Shown: piece after piece, positions 25,414 to 38,200 of the stretch
Layout: every line of letters begins with the position of its first letter
How positions within the stretch are numbered: the stretch's first letter is position 1
Origin: Antedon mediterranea
Taxonomy: Eukaryota; Animalia; Echinodermata
Reading direction: 5' to 3'
Assembly: GCF_964355755.1 (NCBI RefSeq)
Contig: NC_092674.1
Coordinates: 20,584,001 to 20,648,000, forward strand
Length of the DNA: 64,000 bases
Translations under genes and position numbers: made by a program
Notes under the pieces: model-generated
Told to the model about the DNA's origin: nothing
Databases searched by the model: none
Seen by the model: the letters and a program-made list of their open reading frames with translations, nothing else

Positions 25414-27539
25414 TTATTGTATGGTACATACATACACATCCCGACCATTAAAATAAACATGTGGTAAATAACCCCACCAACTATGATCTTCACGTCGACG
25501 CACTATCGGTTGTCTTTCTTCAAACTGAAGACCTATTCGGGCACCTTTGAAACGTCCGAAGTCTTCCAAATCAGGGTTTGCTTCGATAAACACACTCAAA
25601 CTCTTCTGAAAGTCTTTTTTCATTCTCTGTAAATGTGAAAACCGAACCAAAAACGTCTAATTCATTTAACTTCTTAAATGAGATAGTAATTCCGAGAATC
25701 TTAAATTTTAAAGATTGTGCTTAATCAAGGCCTGCATCTATATCAAGAAAGCAGCAATTGTCATAATCAGTCAGGTGGCTGAGTGGGCCTTGATTTGTCT
25801 GCCTTCCAAATGTTTGATAGGGAAGAGGAAGGAAGAGAGAGAGGGAGGGTGTACTAAAGATAGATCTTTGTAACTGCCCATATCAAATATCTATTAGTAT
25901 AGCTACCTCGTAAGTTGCCGCATCGTCTATGCCACGAAGTTCTTCATCTATTGCCATAAAATGTTGTGATATAAGATTTTCCTCTTTTTCTTTAAATTGA
26001 GTTGAGTTGCCAGATACACTGAAATAACACACAAAAACACATTCCTGTATATAACAGTTATATTATTGATGCAGGAAAACAAAATTATTTTGCAGCCGTC
26101 TCACAATGAAAGTAGGCCTATAGCTTATGAACAAAATAAAGAGTTTTTAAAATATACAAGCACTGTAGAAACTAATGCCATAATATATATTTTTTTTAAT
26201 ATATCAACATATCATAGACCTAAAGTACCTTTGCTTTACTGAGTCATCAATTAATTTTATGTTTACTTGTAATAACTGAAAAAGAAATCGTAATACTTAT
26301 AAGAGGATAAAACAACTTTGGTTTTTTTGCCAGTAAAAAATCATGCGACTATCTAAATTGGAAATCTATTTTTATTATTTTATAGTTGTTACTTTAGTAA
26401 ATTCAATTATTGTTGAAAGAAGCTTTAAAACAAAACCCGTTTTTAATTATTTTTTTCTTTATAAGATAATTTTGCAAGTGCTGGGTAAAATGATTTTGCT
26501 TTTGGATCAAGTTAGAATGCATTATATTATTCCACACAAGTTTAATGGTAAGTAAATACACAACTAGGCGTGTATAAATATAATTTAGTGGAAATGCAAA
26601 ATGGTGTAAATGCAAGAGGTAAATGTAAAGGTGCTTCTTAAAACTGCATTGTAAATATTTCTTACACCATCGACATCCTTGAGTGCTGCAATAGTTTCTG
26701 TGTTGTCTATACGTGTTCGTAATATATCCATCATTTGCTTTATTGTATTGACATGTGCCTTGAAATCGTCATCTGATATGTTCATTCCAGAGTGCATCAT
26801 AGCGTTACGTACTTGAAGAACCTAAACAAAAAATAAATAGAAAAGATCCAACATTTATATTTCAATAGTTCTGTTTTATCATCGCACAACACAAATTAAA
26901 GATCTTAGTATCATAGAACCGATAGTGCCAAAGACATTGCACAGAACCTTATTACAGAAATTGTGCTATTTCAAGTTAAGTGTAATTTTTTTTCTTTTAA
27001 TTTTTTTTAAATATGGAAAAAAGGTGATTTTTGATAAATGAAGTATAAGGCTAAAAATTAATAGTAAAATATAATTTTAATTATTTACGTTCTTAATCAT
27101 TTTGTCTCCAATCCGTTTATCTTTAAATTTCTTGCATATAAGTATAAAATTCAATACAGAACTTGTATCTGGATTGTAGACACCCGGCGTTTGTCCTTTA
27201 GGCATGTATGTCTTCGCTACCTCCCAAATAGATTCGGGCCAGATCTTTGGGTCAATATTTGTCCATTTTACACCTCTCTGCGGGTTACTGTGCTCCATTA
27301 ATATATTTTTCTTCCATGTAGTACATATTTTACAACTTGTAGGCGGTTCCTTTTTTTCGGACAAGATTGACATATTTTTTGTAAGGATCTTTTTGTTTCA
27401 AACATTCATGAAACTCAATTAATGTTTTCTCAGCAACTGGTACTAAGATATCACCTAGTAATATCTTAAGTACTTGGCCTGTCTTCATCCAGTTCTTGGA
27501 TTGTTCATCATTCAAACGTCTAGTCAAACTTTCCGACAT
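25414..27539 (-). CDS. CXorf38: CXorf38/DUF4559-like protein, frameshifted near 27350-27380 (pseudogene or assembly error)
   Basis: Exons 27089-27539, 26666-26821, 26229-26275, 25907-26018, 25414-25626 with phase-consistent GT-AG sites. Family motifs RLND..KNWMK, CKICTTWK..I..H, WTN.DP..WP..WEVAKTYMPKG, VRNAMMHS, ANPDL. Confidence 0.75.
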
Positions 27540-27759
27540 TATGTAGTGATCTGTAGTTAAACAAATAACAGGAATTTATTATAGTATTTATTTCACATAC
27601 GTACGGTGATTTATCTCGTCTATATTATAGACATACTGTATCGCTCCGCCCCTACCACAATATTGGCAAAAGGTTAATTAACTGACTAAAAAAAGGTTAA
27701 TTAACTGACTAAGAATCGCTGAAGGAGAAATTGACACAGCAACCGACAAACATTGAAAC

Positions 27760-27885
27760 AAACATTTTCAACATTTTTAAACATGTTCAGCAATTTCGGT
27801 CGGTTGGTGGGTCAGTCGATCGGTTGGTCGGTCGGTAAACATTAACTTGAGCACGCGACTGCAGCCATGTATATGCCCTTATTGT
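27760..27885 (-). mobile_element. Diverged HINE-family fragment
   Basis: CAACATTTTTAAACATGTTCAG, (GGTC)n and GCACGCGACT, shared with 55060-55940. Confidence 0.55.
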
Positions 27886-28235
27886 AGGTAATACAAGTTC
27901 AGTTTCAACAAAAGCACTGGCCTTAACACTACTTTCCCAATGGTAAATGTCCAAAAGCCATAGGCCTAGCTAACTGGGTCGAAATCTGTCCACCTCCACT
28001 CATCTCGGGCAAGAGAGTCATCACCAGTCATTATCTTGCCTTTCTATAGTAGGCCTACATGAGTTGTTATACCACAACTATGTGCACTCATCAAACTAGG
28101 GTATAATGGTGGTCCATCTGTAGGGGTACAAATTTAATGAAATCGGTAGAGATTGTAGAAGTAGATGAGAAGTGGGAGTTAGCGCTGCCTATGAAGCTTC
28201 TGAATGAGCTGTATCTTTATTTCCTTCAAGCTTCT

Positions 28236-28551
28236 GCACTATAGGCATTATATTTCCTATCAACAAAGTCACTATAGGCATTATATTTCCTATCAACAAA
28301 GGCACTATAGGCATTATATTTCCTATCAACAAAGGCACTATAGGCATTATATTTCCTATCAACAAAGTCACTATAGGCATTAAATTTCCTATCAACAAAG
28401 TCACTATAGGCATTATATTTCCTATCAACAAAGGCACTATAGGCATTATATTTCCGATCAACAAAGGCACTATAGGCATTATATTTCCTATCAACAAAGG
28501 CACTATAGGCATTATATTTCCTATCAACAAAGGCACTATAGGCATTATATT
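28236..28551. repeat. 33-bp minisatellite, about 9.5 copies
   Basis: Unit (G/T)CACTATAGGCATTATATTTCCTATCAACAAAG, head-to-tail with no spacers. Confidence 0.95.
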
Positions 28552-29034
28552 TTCTAATAATGTAGAAGTAAAGGTTATTCTTACCTCTTGTGGAAGCCTT
28601 CAAAGACCCATATTAAATTATATTCTGTCTGTTTAGAAAGAGTAACGGAATAATTATGAGCAAAGCCCTGATATGAACAGAAGAGATTATTCTGAGTTTA
28701 TACGAAAAATTGGAATTTCCAAAGATCTTACGATAGCCAATGGTTAAACAGCAACTTATATAATAGATCAAAATTCGAAGAATCCCGGTGAATATAAAAA
28801 ACTAAACAATGGCACTATCGATTTAATCTATGTTCATAGAATAACAATAGCGTTTACTTTTACAACTTTATCGACATAAACGTATTATACATTCAGTGGT
28901 TTTCTAGAAATCGGAATTTTCTTACTCTTACATTTCCTAATAGGCCTATTTACTGCTTCCATCACTGTGCGGTTTTGAGTCCCTCTCCCTCCTTTCATAA
29001 TGTAACAGTTTGGCAGCTATACTCTTCCGTCGTG

Positions 29035-29330
29035 TGAGTGAGTAGCCGATCGGTTAAGACAGTGGAACCGTAATTACGTAGCCATAACATCGGCAAGGGT
29101 TCGAGGCTCACTCGCTCCATGGTTCTGGTAGTAGAACGAGCCTTCTCGGATAAGGACTTTCAACCGTAGGTCCAGTGTACACATCTAGCTCATGTGCACT
29201 TTAAAGAACCTAGTACATCTTTCGAGACGAGTAGAGGGTTACCCCAGTGTACTAGTACATCAGTACACTGATCATAACTGGTCACTTTGCGAGACCAGTC
29301 TTTGCAATTCTGGTTGCCAATGACTGTAAC
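29035..29330 (+). mobile_element. tRNA-derived SINE with Deu/Nin-like central domain
   Basis: A box TAGCCGATCGG, B box GGTTCGAGGC, then GATAAGGACT..AACCGTAGGTCC..GTGCACTTTAAAGAACC..TTCGAGACGAGTAG. Absent from the paralogous segment at ~31950-32050. Confidence 0.75.
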
Positions 29331-30938
29331 ATTCACACTTTAGTCATATAAATGGCTTTATGAAAAACCTTTAATTTCAATTATTCATAAAAAAAAATGC
29401 TATAAAAACGTGAATCTGAAAGAATCCGATCAATCGACGATATAAAGGCAACCAATCTTAATAGAATTAAGATTAAAATTAGGTGGTTAAACAGGACTGT
29501 TTACATCTACAAATTATGATAAATTGTATAAAAGTATTGTGTATTACTAGTAATTATTAGTAAAACTGTATAATAGTTGTCACAGTCCTAAGTGACGGGT
29601 ATTCAAAGTTTAACGAAAAGGGTAATATATATATATCTATATACTTCTAATTGCGTTCTCCTGTACCTATACATTTACGTTCAATTTAGGCGTGATAATA
29701 GTATTCTTACATTTAAAACAATTAAAATTCCACTTATTTTATTTAAACTTTATTTTTTAAATGTAATTCTACGTTAGACCTAAAATAAATATTCGTTTTT
29801 TATTTTACATAAGAAGTAAAACAAAAATGTAGTACTAGTAGGTCTAGAAGTAAATAAACAAATTGCATATTAGGCTATTGACCCTCTCAGGTTACGTTAT
29901 ACTAAATTTTTACATCTAGAATAGAAATGACTTAAATGTGGTCTAAAATATTCGTCCTTTGGTGTAAAGTGTATTATACTGTTGGCAGACGTTTACAATG
30001 CTAAGATCAAGGAGTAATATCTACTGAAGAGATCATGCTACTTCTTGTTTGTGTGATAGAAAAACAAAAAGAAATTTGTATTTCTAAATGGGTAGGTAAA
30101 AGACAATATAGCAGATATCATCCTCAATCACATTTAACGAATGATAAAATCCCTACAACTGCGTTGGATCTTCACATAGTAGAAGAGTATCCACATGTAT
30201 TAATAGTAAAACAAAGCGTAACAAAAAAATATAATAAATATATCAATTGTAGATTTTGATCTAAAAATTAAAATAGAAGACAACTGTTTTATTCTTGTAA
30301 ATACGTACGCCACTAATTACGTAAGAGATATATGTTACTATTTTAAAAACATTGCATAAAACAATGATTGACTTCAAAAAAAGCCATAATTAAAATAATA
30401 TCAGTTGCGATATGAAATGTGTTTTTAACCAAAAATGTAGTGGCTTTAAAGTAGATAAATCTCTTTATAAAATAACACATTACATTTTTATGAAAAAGCT
30501 TAATCTTAATAATATCGGTTCTACCCGACCTGTTGCCACCACATTTGTATCTTTTCCTACAGCAAGAACAACAGGTTTTGATTTTTTTTTTTCATAAACA
30601 AAAAGAATGTCAGTAAATGAATTGCTTTTTATATGGTTTAGACCCAAATGTTTGAGGTTTTGAAGTTCACTTCAGCAAATCCCATTCTTTTCACACTAAT
30701 TTACAAATATAAATTAGATACCGGTACTCTACAACATGCTAAATGAACATTTTTTTTCAAAACAAAGTAATAAAATGAACAATATGTGGAATAATTATGA
30801 CAAAACATTTTACCAATTTTACAGAGTACAACTTATCGTAAAGTTATGTCAAAAGCGTAGACCTAACAGCTTATACAATTGAAACATTTTAATTAATAAG
30901 AAAAATGTGTTTGTTAATGGAAAATAAGTTAAAGAGAC

Positions 30939-31174
30939 TATGTAAAAACAGAGGAATAATACCTTATAAGAAATATGTGGGAAAACATATAACAAAAAGC
31001 ATTGATATTACTGTACCGTAACAGAAAATATATATATATTATCAAAATAACGTTTTATGTAAAAACAGAGGAATAATACCTTATAAGAAATATGTGGGAA
31101 AACATATAACAAAAAGCATTGATATTACTGTACCGTAAAAGAAAATATATATATATATTATCAAAATAACGTTT
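30939..31174. repeat. Tandem duplication of ~118 bp
   Basis: TATGTAAAAACAGAGGAATAATACC...AAATAACGTTT occurs twice in succession. Confidence 0.9.
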
Positions 31175-33499
31175 TAGAGAAAATGTTTAGAGGAAATATA
31201 TATGTAAAGAGATGAGGATTTTTTAAATCGAAATAAAAGTGGCAGTTGATTGTGAGTTGAAGACTAACTGTTATGCTTGAGTTAGGTATTAATACTTTCT
31301 CGTACTAAATATACCAGGTTTCTAATACTTAATACGTAAAACATAATATACCTATTACTAAGCCCAGACGTTAACTAATAATAATACCTAATGATTATAG
31401 AAATAACATATAACATATATTAGGTCTACGTCCAAATGAGACATAAACTGCCATGTCTATGTAGAAGTAATTTTATTCTTACCACTTTTTGGTACTTTCA
31501 AAGAGCTGATTATAAAATTTGATACAACAAAATCAAACGTCTAAAAAGAGTATTATGAGCAACGCCCTGATCAGCATAAATAATTATGAGTCTATACTGT
31601 ATACGATAAAGGGAATTTCCAAATATCGTAAAACAGCCAATAGCGAAACAACAGCAACTTCGCACACACACTCAAAACTCACCAAAACAATGGCACTATC
31701 GATTCATTTATGTTATTATGTATGAATAACAATAACGTTTATTACGTTACATTAATATTATGGATATAAACGTATCGTACATTACATTTTAATTTGCTAG
31801 AAATCGGAATTTGTTTCCCATCATCTTTACTGCTTCCAAGTTCCAACTAATTCAGTCCATCAATGTGCGGTTTTGAGTTTCCTTATTTTATTTCCCCTCA
31901 AACAAACTCCACGCCCTCCACTCTCCACCTTGCTCTCTCTTTCCCCTAATGTAACAGTTTTCTAATGTTTTTTAATGTTTACAATTTAGGCATATTCATG
32001 TCCAAATCGTAATTTTGCCTTTTTATAAATGCTGTGTCAGTAGAAACCTTTAATTTAAATTCTTCATAAAATTGCTATAGAAAATGCATCTGCAGGGATC
32101 CGATCAATCCGATCGATTGTGTATTCCTGAAGTAAAATTATATAATTGTCTGCTTGAATTTAAAATAGAATTATACTTATTTTATCTAGACCTTATACAT
32201 TTTATTAAGCGCTATTCTCAAAACTCGTAAAATGTCGAAGAATAAAACCATCATTTGATAATTTGCATTTCATAAGATCTTATAATAAAATCTACTCGAC
32301 TTACCTAACCAGCCAATGGTGACAACAACAGTTACTTTCCATTCATAGGTACCATCGATTAGGCCTTAAAATTACGTTTATCCTCTCAACATTGCGAACA
32401 TAACCAATTTAAATGTGTGAGCTGTATTTACTGGTGTTTACGCTAGGTAGACAAATCGACAGAAAAAACTTTCCGTATAAATAGGCCTGGTTACTATTAT
32501 TTAAAATGTAATAGCCCTACTACTAGGCCTGACGTTGTTTTAAATAATTAATTAAAAATAAATAGTATATTGATAAAACATATGTATAGGCGGATATGAC
32601 GACCACGAAACCTGACAGGTCTACAGTACGTAGAAGTAGTTTTATTCACATGTTGGTACGTCGAAGAGCCTTCAAATATCAAATTTGAGCGATTTTGGTT
32701 GAGTACGTCCTAATAAATAATTCCGATACTATAGATAGCAGGGAATTTCCAAAGATCTTAAATTAGCCAATAGCGATTCATTTTATGTTCATAGAAAAAT
32801 AATATTAACATTTATTACAGCAGTATGAACATAAACGTAGATATGATGCCTTCAATGGTTTAGCAGACATTAGAATTTCTTTCATTCTAACTCTTTCAGC
32901 TTTTACTGCTTGGAAGTGTCACCATATTCAGTATGATTTACAGTGTTCCTATTTCTTTATCTTAATGCATAAGCGGTAACAGTTTTCATTATCCTCTGAT
33001 TAAAACAGATTGTCGAAATCGTAATTTCGCCTATCAATATCAACAGTTATGACGATGCCAAAAAGCTTCACGGAGACCTTACTAACAATACAATTGTATA
33101 TGATTATTTCGTCAAACATACTATTAACGTGCATCAACATCGGGATCTTGGTATTATTTTAGATAGCTCTCTTATTTGTTCTTTTTATGTTGACAATTTT
33201 CTTTTAAAAATACGATAATGTAATAATATTAGCTAACCAATATGCTTGTAATGTAAATAAAGCTCACATTAAATGAGCTAAAGTAAAAGATAATTTAATG
33301 AATTTCATAAAATCAAAATAAAAACTCTTTTTTTTTCTTTTCTCTTTCTTTTTTTGTATTTCTTCAATATTGAGAAAAATGAAAAAGAATACAAAAAGTA
33401 ATTTTTTTTAATACACTTATTGTATTTTACTATAAAACAGAAAGTTGAAAAGGAAGGAAAGAAATCCAACGTTAGCCAAATTTTATAATTTATGTGTCA

Positions 33500-34445
33500 A
33501 TATTATACAGATATTGACTGCTTAGAGGTTAAATATAAGATTTGACATCTCCGAGGGAATGATATTAAGTTCGAGGGAATATATATTCCCCGAGAACTTA
33601 ATATCATTCCCGAGGGGATGTCAAATCTTATATTTTACCGATATAAAAGGCAATATCTGTTATATTATATAGCCAAGAACAAGTCTGCTGGGTTGGGTGA
33701 AGCTAGGCTAGGCCTCCTCTATAGTATTTGTATTGTATTTAAACAAGCCTGCCTACACCTTACCTTGCGAAGAATAATATACAGATAATTACTAATTAAT
33801 GATTCCTTGGCAATAAAATATTCACTTAGGCCTAGGTCGTTTAAATTAACAGAAGAATTTCCATCAATAAGCCTATTAAAAATAATAATATTATAATCAG
33901 GTAGGCCGAATAAACAATTCGTCTTCTTCTCGATCTTCGAGGAGCCGAATCACCGGATGTTCAGCGGGTACGAGTTACTAGGTTACTACCGTGAGTATTG
34001 ACCAATCACAAACGGTGTTTCAGCACATTTAGGGTGGACTTATAACAAATGAGGGCGCTATGTATGCATAGTTTAAATAGTTTAGAAGATTAATTTCTTC
34101 AAGGAACTTCCGTGGCGCAACGGTTGAAGCGTTGTCTTGCGATGGAGTGACAATTCCACCCGAGTTCAAGATCGAGTTGATGACTTTTGTTTATTTATCG
34201 GCAACGCGAGTGTTGGCACACGAAAATTACACAGTCAATATCATCGTACTCGAGAATCTATATGTTTAATGACAGGGGACACGATAATTACGCGAAAATT
34301 ACACAGTCAATATCATCGTTCTCGAGGATATATACGATTTACGATCCTCGCAGCGGTAGTCATGTGATGCAGTTTCAACCAATCACGTTAGTGTATCGCT
34401 TCGCTCGCGTACCATCTAGTTATTGTGATTGGTTGTTGCATGCGT
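33500..34445. mobile_element. Non-autonomous palindromic element (possibly Crypton-type)
   Basis: ~100-bp imperfect palindrome at 33533-33633, internal direct repeat CGAAAATTACACAGTCAATATCATCGT, terminal CCAATCAC...GTGATTGG hairpin. Boundaries approximate. Confidence 0.45.
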
Positions 34446-35248
34446 TGCTTGTTTGACAGTTTTGATAGGTTGTTCTACGAACACTACACAGTTAATGTTA
34501 AAGCTTATCATGTTGATAAAAGCCGATGCTGTTTTGGCTCTCTTCTATCAGTACTTAGTACTATGGAATAAAAATTCAATACACATTTGTGTCATTTTGT
34601 TGAAAAGAAGCCACATCCCTATGTTTTCCCGAAAACAGGTTTTCTAATACTTTACTCTCTTTCTTTCCATATATCGACTTTGCCGTAAATTATTATGCAT
34701 TTCATGAGCTTTATATTACTCAAATTAAAATTACGCATATCAAATAAGAATATATCAAGTAATTATTGCATAGATATCTGGTATCTCGTGATAAAGACCT
34801 TGCTGTTAAAACAATGTATTGTATACGGTAGGCCTACAATTCACTTTCTTCACAAACAACATTAATAACACAATTGCACTCGACGCCTTATTTAAATCAC
34901 GATTTAGTCAACCATTCGAATGTCTTGCAATATCTGAATATATCAACACTTGTTCTTTCCTCCTAAAATGAATTTAGTAGGTTTAAAATTAGAGATAAAT
35001 GATTTTAAAAAATAGTTGTGGGCCTATTGACCATATAATTCCTGAGTATGCCTAATTAACAGAAATGAAATATAGAAGTAACCGTGACGTTCTGTCTATT
35101 TTCGTCTTTCCTCTTCCGAGAAACTAAATTAACAAATGACTAATTTTTGTGTACATCCTTAGGCAGTATGGTTAGGGATAGCCTAGTTTGCTTTAAAACA
35201 ATTTCTTCCTGTGTGTAAAGTGTGTTACACTGCTGGCAGACATTTACA

Positions 35249-38200
35249 ATGTTGGGATCTACCGAAGGAATCATGCTACTGCTTTTCTTACTTCTTGGTA
35301 AGCTCATTCAATTTTTTTAATCTTAATTTCCAATATCAACTGAAACAAACAAAAAATTGTTTAACATAATACATAGTTTATTTTTGTCTTTATGTTTATA
35401 TATTATAACAAATTGAATAGGGTTTAAGACTTTATCTAACAAAACGCTATATATAAATTAATACTTGAATTGAAAATAATCCATATCTCTCACTACAATA
35501 TATATAAATATTGTGTATCATCATTAAGGTACTAATTGAACGCAAACGTAAACCTTGAGTCACGTAGAGCCCTGTGTTCTTCACGGTATCATACGCGCAA
35601 CAAACATCGTTCTTTTTATTGTGGTAACCAATCATCCAATGACAATTCTTTTCTACATTGTTTTCATGCCTACATTTATCCTATTTAGGACCCAAGAAAT
35701 TCCTTTCTTGTAAGGCAATATTAGGCTCATTGTTTCTAATAATACAATTTTTAAATTTATCAGAATTTATAAAGTCTGAATAATATATAGTATTATTGTA
35801 CATGCACGTCTTTCATGGACTATATGGCATTTAAATGAAAAGAATAGCGTGTCATACTGGTTGAAAACAATATTAATATTTGTTAATTCAAATATCACTG
35901 TATGTCTAATTTGATTAAAATTATAAATATATAGGCTATGAAAATTTAGAGATCTTTTCAAATGGCGGTAAAGGTAACATTCCTACTGTGTTTACTCACT
36001 AAATCACATCAATTTATAATAATACTCTGTAATAATAAAAATTGTAAAATAAATGTTAGTTTACTTAAACTATAATAGGACTAATGGTTAAATTAGATGT
36101 CTTGATAATTATAATTAGTCGACGTCATCATACCGGACGGATTTCTTTATTAACGTAAATTAGTCAAAGGATACAACATGTCTGATGATCTGTATTGTTG
36201 ATACCACCTGACATTTCAACACAGTACTTTGGTGAGGAAGCCTTTAATTTAAAAAAAAACCCCGTTTTATTATGCAGTTGGATTAAAGCCAGATCCGAAA
36301 TCGTTCATCCTATCTTTCACTACTACTGCAATATCGTGGTTTGGTTAATAAAGTATATATAGATATCTCAATGACATTTTCTTATAGGCCTACTCTATTA
36401 ATACTAAACCGTAAAAGGTACGGTATATTTCGGTTTAATTTTATAGGCAAATATCATTTTTCATAAGTTGACCCAAATTCCGTGATTTGTAATATTGGAA
36501 TTATTTAAGTTAGGTCGAATGCAATGTCAGACGTTACATTCTTTCTATGTCGAAGTAACATGAATTATAACAATGTAAAGATATTATCTATAGATATTGC
36601 ATAATCACATTTATTATTATTATTATTTAAAAATAATGAGACGTTAAAATACTGGAATATTCAATTTCATTTATTTACTATGCAATAATTGTATTAAAAA
36701 ATCATCGTTTTATTGGTGATTTAAACGTTTGATGTTGGAACATCTTTCAAGCGTGGTTTCCACTAGAGACGAAACACAAGGACGTTCGAATAATCAATTG
36801 TTTGTGATCATTGTGATTGATGTGGTCAAATCATCACGTTGCGCGCGCAAGTACGTATTTTGGTTGCGTCTCTATTGGAAATAAATCATTATTCATTATG
36901 TATTATTGTGGAGTAAAATAGATGAGCTATAAATAAGGCAATAATATATGTACGGTATTTGACTACGATGAATCATTGACGGCAATATCCGATTCATAAG
37001 TGTAAACAAAATGTATGATGTCCCTCCTGATATACTTTACAGGGTTATTGTATTCATAAGCAATACGTACCTTCTTCTTATGGTGAAGTGTTCTATAATT
37101 CTTGTATAAATACCCTTTTTTAGTCAAGCTAAATTCAGCACCATGATAGGTGTAGTCACATGACGTCATGATCAGTAAGAACAAAACAAATATTCGTTTG
37201 TTATTGTCCTAGTATAATCTGGCCTTAGTTTCCAATGTAGCCAAACAAAAAGGAGAACTTTAAAGCTTGCTGTGATTGAAAAGAGAAACTACTTTTGTTC
37301 AATTGTTCGTGTGACAACTTCATTTTAATCATAATTACGATATTTCATTTATATATTGTTATATTTATTTTTGTTGTGCTTGAGCAATGTTTAAAAAATA
37401 CCCAAAACAATAATATTGCTAAAAGATTTTACGTTTAATTCTTGCAGTAACTTTAAAAAACACTATATTAGCTAAAGCTACCAATACTATTCCTGGTGTT
37501 GTACCTATTCAAAGAGAATGGAATTTTCAGCAGTGTATTAAAATCACTTTCGGGGCTAGATTAACCATTCCATACACGAATATGGATGAAACTGTGAGTA
37601 TACTTGCCTTACATTAAAACTTTATGCAATCAGTTATCAGTAGCAATGTTTATAATTTGTAATGCTCTTAATTAATAATAGCAAATTTTAAAGATGTATT
37701 GTTCCCCAAAAACATTCAAAATAAAGGTTAATTAAATAAGACTTTTAATTATTATTTTTTATTTAATTATACTTTTATTATTTTGTAGTTTTAATCAAGT
37801 TAATCACTTCCGTAGAAAAAAAAGGAAACACATAATGTGTTCACTTCTAAAATGACAAAATAAATGGTTAAATTAAACTAAAAACCCATTGGCTTGAAGC
37901 CAATTTGACTATTTTTTGCTTTATATTACAGTTTTTTTTCCAGTTAAATACATTTTGGTTCTAACCAATTTTTGGTCAAAGCGGATAATTATTATGTGAC
38001 ATAAAAATGGAATAGTAAACCAAACATTTTTTTGTTCAGGGGGATAATATACATCTTTTTCAAAATCCGAGTTTGTCAGTTTGAATGATTTTGTGGTGAA
38101 TATCTACACTAGTTACTAAAAGCTGTCATGTTGTGTTTATCTACGATCACATTGTACAACGACTGTTATTCAATTCGATGGGAAAACTAGACAAGAAGAC

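Noticed and set aside
28189-28603. Repetitive ORFs (MPIVPLLIGNI)n / (RKYNAYSAFVD)n and a possible CRISPR array
   Set aside because: Contiguous 33-bp units with no unique spacers and no cas genes, in a eukaryotic context. The open frames are a by-product of unit length.
29035-29115. Functional tRNA gene
   Set aside because: It has A and B boxes but no proper cloverleaf, and it continues into a SINE body.
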